In this document: positions 48,935 to 58,189 of the stretch, piece by piece
Position numbering within the stretch: the stretch's first letter is position 1
Layout of the letters: every line of letters starts with the position of its first letter
Assembly (NCBI GenBank): GCA_045046875.1
Contig: JASFYY010000020.1
Location: forward strand, 1 to 60,602
Source: Verrucomicrobiota bacterium
GTDB lineage: Bacteria; Verrucomicrobiota; Verrucomicrobiia; Verrucomicrobiales; DEV007
Direction: 5' to 3'
Length of the DNA: 60,602 bases
Made by a program: the position numbers and the translations under genes
Notes under the pieces: model-generated
Seen by the model: only the letters and a program-made list of their open reading frames with translations
Told to the model about the DNA's origin: nothing
Database searches by the model: none

Positions 48935-49408
48935 TTACCAACGGAAATGAGAGAAAGCACGGTTGGCCTGCGCCATCTTATGCGTCTCGTCCTTTTTGCG
49001 GATCACTCCGCCCTGGTTGCTGCTAGCGTCCTTGATCTCATTGGCCAGCGCAGCGTGCATCGGCACCCCTTTGCGGCCGCGAGCGGCATTGACGATCCAG
49101 CGCATGGCCATCGCTTCCTGACGATCAGTCGCCACTTCGATTGGCACCTGGTAGGTAGCTCCACCAACACGGCGGCTTTTCACTTCCACACGAGGTTTGG
49201 CGTTTTCGATCGCACGGTTGACCACTTCCAATGGATCAACAGCTTCCGAACCTTCGTTCGCTTTGTCGATTGCCGCGTAAACGATTCTTTCAGCCAACGA
49301 TTTCTTTCCAGAAACCATCACTTTAGAGATCATTTTAGCAACGAGAGTGCTCTCGTAACGAGGATCTGCTACCTCGACTTTTTTGATTGTTCTTCTTCTT
49401 CGTGACAT
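48935..49408 (-). CDS. rpsG: 30S ribosomal protein S7
   Basis: SRRVGGATYQVP, HKMAQANRAF. Confidence 0.98.
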   Translation of the reverse strand: MSRRRRTIKKVEVADPRYESTLVAKMISKVMVSGKKSLAERIVYAAIDKANEGSEAVDPLEVVNRAIENAKPRVEVKSRRVGGATYQVPIEVATDRQEAMAMRWIVNAARGRKGVPMHAALANEIKDASSNQGGVIRKKDETHKMAQANRAFSHFRW

Positions 49409-49481
49409 AGGATAATATGTGTAAAACTATATTTTCGTATCGCGAGGAGACTGACGATTTATCATCGCCAAAACCTCCGCG

Positions 49482-49859
49482 TTACCCGGCTTTAGGCCGC
49501 TTGGCTCCATATTTGGAGCGAGATTGTTTCCGTCCATCGACGCCTAGGGTATCCAGAGCACCACGAACAACGTGATAACGAACACCGGGCAAATCCTTCA
49601 CCCGGCCACCACGCACCAGCACAATTGAGTGCTCCTGCAGATTGTGACCTTCTCCACCAACGTAGGCGATGACTTCCTGACCATTGGTCAAACGCACCTT
49701 AGCCACTTTACGCAAAGCTGAGTTTGGTTTTTTCGGCGTGCGAGTGTAAACCTGCAAACAAACCCCGCGGCGTTGCGGGCAGTTAGCCAAAGCCGGAGAC
49801 TTTGATTTCACCACTTTGTCTTTACGTCCAAAACGAACGAGCTGATTGATAGTAGGCAT
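49482..49859 (-). CDS. rpsL: 30S ribosomal protein S12
   Basis: [30 protein letters not shown]. Confidence 0.98.
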   Translation of the reverse strand: MPTINQLVRFGRKDKVVKSKSPALANCPQRRGVCLQVYTRTPKKPNSALRKVAKVRLTNGQEVIAYVGGEGHNLQEHSIVLVRGGRVKDLPGVRYHVVRGALDTLGVDGRKQSRSKYGAKRPKAG

Positions 49860-49935
49860 ATTTGCTAGTGAGTAAAAATTATAAAAACAGGAACTTTCAG
49901 GTCTCCTGGACGCCCCTTTTTTTAGAGCGGGCTGG

Positions 49936-49963
49936 AATATAGTCAGAAAAGCCCACAGCGCAA
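49936..49963 (-). promoter_or_regulatory. Putative sigma70 promoter of the str/S10 cluster
   Basis: TTGCGC-16 nt-TATATT upstream of rpsL. Confidence 0.4.
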
Positions 49964-50121
49964 GCCGTTTTCCCTATATTTTCACCCACCCCACGACAAA
50001 AAATATTATAAGCACGGATTTCGCTGGTTTTCACTGCAGCGAAGATGGGTTTAACCTCAAAACACCGAGCCGGCCACACCCCTTAGACACACCCACCGCC
50101 CTTAAGACTCCCCATCCCCCC

Positions 50122-50167
50122 TCCTGAATTCTAACTTCTGAATTCTAAATCCTAAATCCAACTCCTG
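50122..50167 (+). repeat. Heptamer short tandem repeat
   Basis: TCCTGAA-TTCTAAC-TTCTGAA-TTCTAAA-TCCTAAA, just past the tRNA 3' end. Confidence 0.65.
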
Positions 50168-50176
50168 TCAAAAAAG

Positions 50177-50248
50177 TAGCAGGAGAGGGTTTCGAACCCC
50201 CGACCAAGAGATTATGATTCTCCTGCTCTACCACTGAGCTACCCTGCC
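50177..50248 (-). tRNA. tRNA with CAT anticodon (elongator Met favoured, Ile2 not excluded); CCA not encoded
   Basis: GGCAGGG/TCCTGCT acceptor stem, TAGCTCAGTGGTAGAGC D arm, GGAGA-AT-CAT-AA-TCTCT anticodon arm, GGTTCGAAACC T arm. Confidence 0.92.
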
Positions 50249-50317
50249 ATTCTGAGAGGACTTATAATTGACTCGACTCCCGTAAAGTCAACCGCCAAAA
50301 CTGAGGAATTTCAAATT

Positions 50318-50965
50318 CTACGTCACATACCAATACACCGCAAAAAAATGGCTTAAACTGCCAATCAACACAAAAACATGAAACAGCGCATGATTGAGCG
50401 GGATCCGATCCAAACTGAAAATCACTGCACCCACCGTGTAACTCACTCCGCCCGCCACCAACCAAAACACCCCCTCTGCTGGCAAAGCGGCAATCAAGGG
50501 TTTGATCGCAAATACAATCACCCAACCCATGAACACATACATCGCGGTCGAAATACGATTGAACCGTCCAGTGAAAAACAACTTGAGCATGACCCCGGTC
50601 ACCGCCATCGCCCAACTGACCCCAAAAATCGTCCATCCCACCGCCCCCTTCAAAGTGATCAGACAAAAGGGCGTGTAAGTGCTGGCAATCAAAATATAAA
50701 TCGCTGCATGATCCAATACCCGCAGCCTGTTTCTAAGCTCAGGCCGCTTCACCCCATGATACGCCGTCGAAGCCGCGTACAACAACACCATGCCCAGCCC
50801 GAATATACTGAAGCTCGCCACATGCCAGGCACTGCCGAACGATACGGCTCGAATCACCAGCAATACCAGTCCCACCACGCTCAAAAACAAACCCACGGCA
50901 TGAGACCACACATTAAGCGCCTCCTCTCTCTTTGAATAAAGCCGTGCCTCGCCCACGCTTTGCAT
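50318..50965 (-). CDS. Hemolysin III/PAQR-family membrane protein
   Basis: EEALNVWSH, ASTAYH, LDHAAIYILIA.TYTP, HALFHVFV. Confidence 0.9.
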   Translation of the reverse strand: MQSVGEARLYSKREEALNVWSHAVGLFLSVVGLVLLVIRAVSFGSAWHVASFSIFGLGMVLLYAASTAYHGVKRPELRNRLRVLDHAAIYILIASTYTPFCLITLKGAVGWTIFGVSWAMAVTGVMLKLFFTGRFNRISTAMYVFMGWVIVFAIKPLIAALPAEGVFWLVAGGVSYTVGAVIFSLDRIPLNHALFHVFVLIGSLSHFFAVYWYVT

Positions 50966-51910
50966 CTATTTCCTGAATACCCCCTCGATCTCCAGCTTCA
51001 GCGGTTGGCGGCAGATATCCGCCTGAATAAATACCGTCTGTGCCAGCACCTCTGCGCCCACCACCGCCGCAAGACGCTCACGGAGCTCGGCGTAATCCTC
51101 CACATCACGCACATACACCCGCAACTGCGGCGAATAGTCAGCCATTTTATCCCAGCCACCCGCAAAGCCCATCTGCTGCATCGCCACGCGGATATTTTCC
51201 ATCGTTTCAGAAAATTGCTTTTCCAAATCGCCCTGCCCCACCGTTTCACTGCCACAGATGCTCGAAGTGCCTGACAAATAACCCAACTCACCCCGCTCAC
51301 AACTCACCACCGATGCACGCGCAAAACTCGGTGACCGTGGACCGAACTCGCTCGGATATTGATACGCCGGGGTCTGACGAGGGTTTTCAAAATACTCCAC
51401 CGGTTGATCTCCGGCCAGAAACATCAAAGCCAATCGGGGAACGCTCTCTTGCAATCCCACCGCCGTTGCCGCCGGCAAACGCACATCCATTTTTGTTTCG
51501 CCATAAACAGAAGCAAAAGCCTTCCACCGCCCCGCGTTAAAAGAGCGATAAACCTCCTGCCCCAACGATTCGTCATTAATGTGTGGGACAAAATTCCACA
51601 AGCGCTGCAGGCTCAAACCGCGGGTATGCGCTAATAATTCATCATAGAGTTGCTCACTGACCGACTCGATCTCTTCCATTCCGCACTCGACCACCGCGAT
51701 CCCCGCCATACACCCTCCGCTGCGCAAAAAAGAAAAGTTGTTGCCCACCTCCTGCTCCGCCCACTCGCATTCAAACAGCACTTCATCCACCGGGCCACCC
51801 AAATGAGCCGCCGCCAGATTCAACTGCAAACCCATTTCATCGGCCACGCACACCGTCTCCGCTTCTCCGAAGCGAATTCTGATGTTTTCCAAACCGGCTG
51901 TCACATTCAT
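50966..51910 (-). CDS. FkbO/Hyg5-family chorismatase (XanB2-like)
   Basis: RLWNFVPHIN, YRSFNAGR, LPAATAVG, ENPRQTPAYQYP..FGPRSPSFARA, SGTSSI, ADICR..LKLEIEG. Confidence 0.8.
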   Translation of the reverse strand: MNVTAGLENIRIRFGEAETVCVADEMGLQLNLAAAHLGGPVDEVLFECEWAEQEVGNNFSFLRSGGCMAGIAVVECGMEEIESVSEQLYDELLAHTRGLSLQRLWNFVPHINDESLGQEVYRSFNAGRWKAFASVYGETKMDVRLPAATAVGLQESVPRLALMFLAGDQPVEYFENPRQTPAYQYPSEFGPRSPSFARASVVSCERGELGYLSGTSSICGSETVGQGDLEKQFSETMENIRVAMQQMGFAGGWDKMADYSPQLRVYVRDVEDYAELRERLAAVVGAEVLAQTVFIQADICRQPLKLEIEGVFRK

Positions 51911-52061
51911 TGCTAAAAAATTACATCAATATTACAGGAAAAAGAAGGATGAAATCAAAGCCCTCAAACAATTACAAGCCTATTTTCCTAATCTCTCCTC
52001 TGATGCCACTTGCAGCGGCATTTTATTTTGCCCATCTTCTCCGGCGGCAAATTTAACCAAC

Positions 52062-52090
52062 AAAAAACGCCGTCCGATAAAAGACGACGC
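52062..52090 (-). terminator. Rho-independent terminator after rpsU
   Basis: Minus strand GCGTCGTCT...GGACGGCGT followed by a T run. Confidence 0.65.
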
Positions 52091-52126
52091 TGCGGCAAAG
52101 ATTATTCACCTTAAAACAGAGAAGGC

Positions 52127-52348
52127 TTACGCCTCATCCCTTTTATTGTGCTGATCCAAAGTAAATCTCACACGATTGCGAGCGCGTTTGGCATTGGCAC
52201 GTGCTTTGCGCTTGGTGCGCTGGGTTGGAGTCTCGAAAGAACGCAAACGGCGAATCTCCTCAAGGATGCCCTCGTTTTCGAGTTTGTTCTTCAAACGCTT
52301 GAGAGCACGATCAACCGGTTCTCCTTTTTTTACACTTACTTCAGCCAT
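52127..52348 (-). CDS. rpsU: 30S ribosomal protein S21
   Basis: VKKGEPVDRALKRLK, FETPT. Confidence 0.93.
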   Translation of the reverse strand: MAEVSVKKGEPVDRALKRLKNKLENEGILEEIRRLRSFETPTQRTKRKARANAKRARNRVRFTLDQHNKRDEA

Positions 52349-52432
52349 GATTTATTAAACAATTAGTGAAACCTTCAAAATTTTTCCAACTCCCATCAAC
52401 CCTGCTCAGGGCAAACGGTCAAGCGGGCGGCA

Positions 52433-52461
52433 ATTCTAGCCACGATCCCCAACAAAGTCAA
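52433..52461 (-). promoter_or_regulatory. Sigma70 promoter of rpsU
   Basis: TTGACT-17 nt-TAGAAT. Confidence 0.65.
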
Positions 52462-52535
52462 TTCGCCAGCGCAAATTTCTTTTTCTCAAACATTTTCCCT
52501 CAAAAAAGTCTCTCAAAAACCTCTTCCACCACGAC

Positions 52536-54968
52536 CTAGGCCTCGATCACCTGGCTCTCGGGGCTGATCTTCTCCTGCTCGGAGTCCAGCACCTCGCGGC
52601 GCAGGTTGGTATTGGTCTTACGCACCCACCACAACACGATCGGCGAAGCAACAAAGATCGATGAATAGGTTCCGACGATCACTCCGGCGATCAGGGTGAA
52701 CGCAAAGTTATTAAGCGACGGACCACCAAAAATATACAAGGTCAGCAGGGTCAGCATCGTCGTCAAACTGGTCAACAAGGTCCGTGACAAGGTTGCATTA
52801 AGCGAGAAGTTCATAATATCCTTCACGTCACCACGCTTGGTTTTCAAACCCTCCCGCACCCGGTCAAAGACCACAATCGAGTCATTGATCGAATACCCGG
52901 CAATAGTCAAAAATGCCCCCACCGTGATCAAGGAAACCTCCAGTCCGGACACTGTCACCAAGCCCAGCACAATGATCAAATCATGCACCAGCGCCACCAA
53001 GGCACCCAAGGCAAAGGCAAACTCAAAACGAATTGTCACATAGAGCAAAATCGCAACCATACCAAATCCCAAAGCCATCAGTGAGGTCTTCAGCATTTCC
53101 GAGCCCACCAGGGAACCCACCGACTCCACCTCGATCTCCGAAACATCCATCTCCAGGTCCTTTTGCAAAGACTCTTTGATCTGCTCTCCAGTGCCGTGCA
53201 CACTGCGAATAGTGAGGAATTCTCCACCGCCACCCATGGCGTGCTGTTTCTGCACATAAAAACCCTTGAAATCAGCTGCCAACAAAGTCTGCTCGATTTT
53301 TTCCGTAGTGACATCACCCGGCGAATGAATCGTCAGCAAGTCTCCACCTTTCAGATCCACTCCGCGCGGATCTTTAGTTGGAGTGATCAGTAAAGACAGA
53401 ACCACCAATACGGCCGAAGCCGTCAAAGCCACCCGACGTTTGCTCAGGAAATCGAACTGCCGCTTAGGCGCGATATTGGCAAAGCTCAGCTTTTTGACCA
53501 AACCACCTTTTTCCTTCACCAACCAGGAAAAACAAACCCTGGTCACCAGCAGAGCCGAGAACAATGAAGCCAGAATCCCCAGAATCAAAGTGATCGCAAA
53601 ACCCTTCACCGTTCCAGTCGCCACCATATACAAAATACTCGCAGTGATCAAAGTAGTGATATTAGCGTCGATAATCGCCGAGAGCGCTTTGGCGTAGGCC
53701 GTCTTGATCGCATTCGGCAAGGATTTTCCTCCAGACATTTCCTCACGCAGGCGCTCGTAAATCAACACATTGGCGTCGATCGCGATACCGATGGTCAAAA
53801 TGATACCCGCAATACCCGGCAGGGTCAGGGTGAACTTGAACAAGGCCATCGATCCAAAGATGATCGCGATGTTGATCAACATTCCTAGAATCGCCAGAAT
53901 GCCTGCCACCCGGTAGTAAACAAGAATGAACAACAAAGTCAGCGCCAGACCCGCAATACCAGCAGTGATGCCCTGCTTCACCGTCGCAGCACCCATCGTA
54001 GGTGAAATAAAGCTAACCGATTCCTTGGTCAAGGGCTCCTTCAAAGGATTGGCCATCGCAGCCGCCAAGGACATCGCTTCCAGCTGGGTGAAATCCCCAC
54101 TGATCCGGCAGTTGCCTCCCCAGATCGGGCCGTTATTGAATGCTGGATAGGAAATCACTTCCCCATCCAAAATGATCGCCATCTGACGATTCGGATTCGC
54201 CGCTGAAAGTTCGCCGAATTGCTGTGCCCCCGCCGTATCAAAAGTGATGCTGATGCCCCAGCCTTGTTGGTCGAAACTCGCATAAGCCTTGGTCACGGAA
54301 TCTCCCGACATGTCAGCTTTGAGCTTCATCAGCACATAATCAGGCCCGGGTTGCGCCTCCTTTTTATCCTTATCCGCCCCTTCAAGCTCTTCACCCTTCT
54401 CCCCATCAGCTGCAGGTTTATCCTCATCTCCCGCTTTTTTCACCCTCAAAGCCTTGTAACCAGGGACAATCTGCGTGCCCTTATCCACCGCATTTCCCAA
54501 AACAAAAGCATTTCCCGGGATACGATCATCCTGTGGGGTGGGAATGATGGAAAATTCCAGTTTGGCCGCTTGAGTCACCGCCTTGACGAAGTCGTCAGCG
54601 TCTTCCTCCCCAATCGAAGGCATTTGCAGGAAAATACGATCCGTCCCTTGAGGTGCAAGAATCAGCTCTTTAGCCCCCAATTTATTCAAACGTCTTTCCA
54701 GCACCCCGATCACCGTCTCCTGGGTTTCACGCGTGATCGGCATATCCGGATTGCTCTGCTGAATGCGCAGATTCACCGCGATCCCCCCCTTCAACTCGAT
54801 CCCCTGCTCAATACCGAGCTTTTCATAAAAATAAATACTGGCCGCCGTCACCCCAATCGCCAACATCGTGCCGATCCGCCTTTTGATCGTCGCCGATTCA
54901 GTGCCAAAATACCACGCAAACGCAAATAACACTGCGATGCCCATGAGAAAAATAAGTCCAGCTGCCAT
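52536..54968 (-). CDS. secDF: Fused protein translocase subunit SecDF
   Basis: GIELKGG, TLTLPGIAGIILTIGIAIDANVLIYERLREE (SecD); GVDLKGG, AGYSINDSIVVFDRVRE, GTYSSIFVA (SecF). Confidence 0.95.
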   Translation of the reverse strand: MAAGLIFLMGIAVLFAFAWYFGTESATIKRRIGTMLAIGVTAASIYFYEKLGIEQGIELKGGIAVNLRIQQSNPDMPITRETQETVIGVLERRLNKLGAKELILAPQGTDRIFLQMPSIGEEDADDFVKAVTQAAKLEFSIIPTPQDDRIPGNAFVLGNAVDKGTQIVPGYKALRVKKAGDEDKPAADGEKGEELEGADKDKKEAQPGPDYVLMKLKADMSGDSVTKAYASFDQQGWGISITFDTAGAQQFGELSAANPNRQMAIILDGEVISYPAFNNGPIWGGNCRISGDFTQLEAMSLAAAMANPLKEPLTKESVSFISPTMGAATVKQGITAGIAGLALTLLFILVYYRVAGILAILGMLINIAIIFGSMALFKFTLTLPGIAGIILTIGIAIDANVLIYERLREEMSGGKSLPNAIKTAYAKALSAIIDANITTLITASILYMVATGTVKGFAITLILGILASLFSALLVTRVCFSWLVKEKGGLVKKLSFANIAPKRQFDFLSKRRVALTASAVLVVLSLLITPTKDPRGVDLKGGDLLTIHSPGDVTTEKIEQTLLAADFKGFYVQKQHAMGGGGEFLTIRSVHGTGEQIKESLQKDLEMDVSEIEVESVGSLVGSEMLKTSLMALGFGMVAILLYVTIRFEFAFALGALVALVHDLIIVLGLVTVSGLEVSLITVGAFLTIAGYSINDSIVVFDRVREGLKTKRGDVKDIMNFSLNATLSRTLLTSLTTMLTLLTLYIFGGPSLNNFAFTLIAGVIVGTYSSIFVASPIVLWWVRKTNTNLRREVLDSEQEKISPESQVIEA

Positions 54969-55046
54969 GATCTAATTAATTGAAATATTATAAACGTAAA
55001 ATTTGCCCGACCCATTCCAGTCAAGCGCGAGGGATTCCGAAGCCCC

Positions 55047-55430
55047 TTATTTATCTGATGATTTTTTCTCCTCGACGATTTCCGCCTCCACTTCCGTGGC
55101 CTTGCCGCCCTTGCCTTTATCTTTACTGAAAACCTGCGTCACAGAAGCTTTTTCAAATTTGATCTTAACCCCGTCCTGTACCTTCACCGTCACCGTGCGG
55201 TCACTTTTATTCGATACGATGCCGTGAATCCCTCCTGCGGTGATGACTTCATCACCAATTTTGAGCTCATCGACCATCTTCGCCTGTTCCTTCTGCTTCT
55301 TCTGCTGCGGACGGATCATGACAAAATACATCATCACCAAAAGCAGCACCATCGGGATCATCATGCCGCCCATCGGGTTAATCGACGGCGCCGCATCAGC
55401 GGCAAGTATTGTGTAAAATTGTGTGTTCAT
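55047..55430 (-). CDS. yajC: Preprotein translocase subunit YajC
   Basis: MYFVMIRPQQKKQK, GDEVITAGGIHG. Start taken at ATG 55430. Confidence 0.95.
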   Translation of the reverse strand: MNTQFYTILAADAAPSINPMGGMMIPMVLLLVMMYFVMIRPQQKKQKEQAKMVDELKIGDEVITAGGIHGIVSNKSDRTVTVKVQDGVKIKFEKASVTQVFSKDKGKGGKATEVEAEIVEEKKSSDK

Positions 55431-55443
55431 TCGGAATTCTGTT

Positions 55444-56553
55444 TCACTCCCCACGGTAGCGACGAATAAAGTCGTCCTTGAAAGTGCTGAAAGAGCCGAC
55501 TTCGATAGCACATCTGACCTCTTTCATCAAGTTGAGATAAAAATGAAGATTGTGTAAACTCAATAAACGCAGACCCAAAATCTCGTCACTCTTGATCAAA
55601 TGCCGCAAATAACCACGGCTGAACCCCTGGCACAAAGGATGGGTATCCTCTGAAATCGGCCGTGAATCTTTCTCGAATTTTTTATTTTTGATGTTCAAGG
55701 TACCGTCCCGGGTATAAACCGTTCCATTCCTCGCCACCCGCGTCGGCAGCACACAGTCAAACATGTCCACGCCCCGTGAGATCAGCTCCAGCAGCTGATC
55801 CGGCTGTCCCATGCCCATCGCATATCGAGCCTTGTCCTGCGGCAAAATAGGCACCGCGACATCCACCGCCGAATACAATTCCCCGTTCGGTTCCCCCACA
55901 CTCAGTCCACCCACCGCATAACCATCAAAGTCCAAATCAACCAAATCTCGCGCCGCTTTTTCCCGCAGATCCGGATAAGTCGATCCCTGCACAATGCCAA
56001 AATAATTTTGCCCCTCGCGACGATTTTTTTCTATCCAGTCCCGCGAACGCCGCGCCCAATCCGTAGTGATGCGCAAACTATTCTCCGCATAATCCCGCTC
56101 ACAGGGGTAAGGCGGACATTCATCCAGCAGCATCGCGATGTCCGATCCAATCGTCGATTGGATCTCCAATGCCGATTCCGGGCTCAAGAAAAGCTTCGCC
56201 CCGTCAAGGTGACTCTGAAATGCCACCCCCTCGTCGGTGATCTTACGCAGCTTGGCCAAAGAAAACACCTGATAGCCGCCCGAATCCGTCAGAATCGGTC
56301 CGTCCCAGTTCATGAAATTGTGCAAACCCCCGAATTCCCCGATCACCTCCATTCCCGGCCGAATGAACAAATGGTAAGTATTGCCCAGAATAATGCTCGC
56401 CTCCAGCTCATGCAACTCCGCCGGGCTCACCGTCTTCACCGTGCCCCGAGTCCCCACCGGCATGAAATCCGGCGTCTCCACCACCCCATGCGCCAAATTT
56501 AAGCGCCCCCGCCGGGCCGCCGTTTTATCATCCGTCTTGATCAACTCAAACAT
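55444..56553 (-). CDS. tgt: Queuine tRNA-ribosyltransferase
   Basis: ETP.FMPVGT, LGNTYHL, TDSGGYQVFSL, DMFDCVLPTR. Confidence 0.96.
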   Translation of the reverse strand: MFELIKTDDKTAARRGRLNLAHGVVETPDFMPVGTRGTVKTVSPAELHELEASIILGNTYHLFIRPGMEVIGEFGGLHNFMNWDGPILTDSGGYQVFSLAKLRKITDEGVAFQSHLDGAKLFLSPESALEIQSTIGSDIAMLLDECPPYPCERDYAENSLRITTDWARRSRDWIEKNRREGQNYFGIVQGSTYPDLREKAARDLVDLDFDGYAVGGLSVGEPNGELYSAVDVAVPILPQDKARYAMGMGQPDQLLELISRGVDMFDCVLPTRVARNGTVYTRDGTLNIKNKKFEKDSRPISEDTHPLCQGFSRGYLRHLIKSDEILGLRLLSLHNLHFYLNLMKEVRCAIEVGSFSTFKDDFIRRYRGE

Positions 56554-56845
56554 ACCTCGCAGAGCTTAGCCACAAAGCCCACCAACGAAAGCGCTAAAAT
56601 CACGCAATAAAAAATCTGGTCAGGGGTCTGACCCTTTCCGGACCCTTGAAGAAATGAAGGAGGCAAACAATTACATCAATCAAGTCATCCAGAGAGCAAC
56701 CCACCACACGCAAAGATTTATCCGCTGGCTGCCGCCACCAAGTATACAAACGTCTTCCCTGGAGTGAATCTCTGGGCTTACTGGCTATCTACTGGGGAGA
56801 AAAGTCAACCTAGTTTTCCACACCCATCTACCTGGGAGACCCTTC

Positions 56846-58135
56846 TTATTGGGATAGATAGCGCTGGCGCCACTCGGAACGGGGAAGTTTTCCGCGTGCG
56901 TTGGGGGTCAGATCGGAACAAAACCACCAGTGCCTGGGCATTTCAAAATTTTCCAGATAGTGGGCAAGACTGGATTTGATCTGAGCGGGTTGTCCCGGCG
57001 ACTTCGTTGCCGATACGCAGGCGACCACTTCTTCGACTCGTTCGGGATCCTTGCTAGGCACACCGAATACCAAACAATAGTCTAAACTAGGATTCGCCTT
57101 CAAAATGGCTGCTTCAATTTTTCCAGGAGCCACTTTGCGACCAGCTACGTTGATCGTATCCGAGTGACGGTCATGCAGCAACAGCTCTCCGCCCGGGCTT
57201 TTGATCTCCGCGCGGTCGGCGGTCACAAATTGACGGCTCTGCAATGGCCCTCCCCCTACTGACGGCGGCCAATAAGATTCTCCAACGGCTTCACTGCTGA
57301 CGACCAAACAGCCGTCTTCACTGCGAATCTGTAAGTCCACACGATCCATAGCCGTGCCCACGCATGCCCGGTCACTACGTGGGCTATCACTGCGGTCGTA
57401 AGCTATGCCACCACATTCACTCGACCCATAAAAATTATGCACCTTGAGCCCCACTTCTTCATACAAGCGCTTTTCAAGCTCCAGGGACAACGGCGCTCCT
57501 GCCGAAATAGCCAGCTTCACGTCTGCGCCCTTAAGTGCACCGGCCTGCAGCCAGACTCGCCACATCGCGGGAACCGCGGGCAATGTACACGGACTTTTTA
57601 TTTCTGAAAAAATCGCCGCCATCCTAGCCGGCAATGGATCTCCCGACCAAATCAAGGGGATTCCATGTAACAGCAAGGGGATGACCAAATTGGAAAAACC
57701 ATACGAGTGCGCCATTGAGATCACTCCTAGGTTCGGCCAACCGGTTCGCAATCCCATCGTAGTGACAATATTCGCCGCGTCAGCGGCCAATTGATCAGCA
57801 GTAAAAAGAATCAACTTAGGCTGCGCGGTGCTGCCTGATGTCATTTTCACATGCACGATCTGCTCCGCTACATCCTCAAATTGAGCGGCATCCGGCGGAT
57901 CTCCCTCCACCGGACAAAACAAACAGCCATCACGCCAGGCTCGTAGAGTTTCAAATATCAAATCAACCGTCCACGCGTTAGCAGACATCACTTCTTGAGC
58001 TTTCGCCGATGGCAACCTTTCCACTTCCTGCTGCAACTGACCAAATGTCCACGCGCGACCGGATTTCCAGTCGAGCAGTGCTTGCTCTTCCGAAAATTGA
58101 TCCGCAATACTCTGCCAGCTCTGGTATAAATTCAT
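56846..58135 (-). CDS. AMP-dependent acyl/aryl-CoA or -ACP ligase
   Basis: MTSGSTAQPK, HSYG, SAGAPL, FYGSSECG, TAD, INVAGRKV, NARGK. Start taken at ATG 58135. Confidence 0.85.
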   Translation of the reverse strand: MNLYQSWQSIADQFSEEQALLDWKSGRAWTFGQLQQEVERLPSAKAQEVMSANAWTVDLIFETLRAWRDGCLFCPVEGDPPDAAQFEDVAEQIVHVKMTSGSTAQPKLILFTADQLAADAANIVTTMGLRTGWPNLGVISMAHSYGFSNLVIPLLLHGIPLIWSGDPLPARMAAIFSEIKSPCTLPAVPAMWRVWLQAGALKGADVKLAISAGAPLSLELEKRLYEEVGLKVHNFYGSSECGGIAYDRSDSPRSDRACVGTAMDRVDLQIRSEDGCLVVSSEAVGESYWPPSVGGGPLQSRQFVTADRAEIKSPGGELLLHDRHSDTINVAGRKVAPGKIEAAILKANPSLDYCLVFGVPSKDPERVEEVVACVSATKSPGQPAQIKSSLAHYLENFEMPRHWWFCSDLTPNARGKLPRSEWRQRYLSQ

Positions 58136-58189
58136 CTGTAATGAAAAACTGTTTCTGTATGAGCCAGAAACTGCTACAGCTTTATTGCC

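Noticed and set aside
47569..49405. Long plus-strand ORFs antisense to fusA/rpsG (and similar ones opposite the sulfatases and secDF)
   Set aside because: Typical antisense shadows of highly biased genes, with no motifs.
49482..49859. Streptomycin-resistance allele of rpsL
   Set aside because: The PKKPNS and RVKDLPG motifs are wild type.
50177..50248. tRNA as an integration site
   Set aside because: No duplicated tRNA 3' end and no integrase in the window.
56618..56845. GGTCAG-GGGT-CTGACC hairpin and short ORFs between tgt and the ligase as a mobile-element remnant
   Set aside because: Single short hairpin, and the translations show no recognisable transposase motif.
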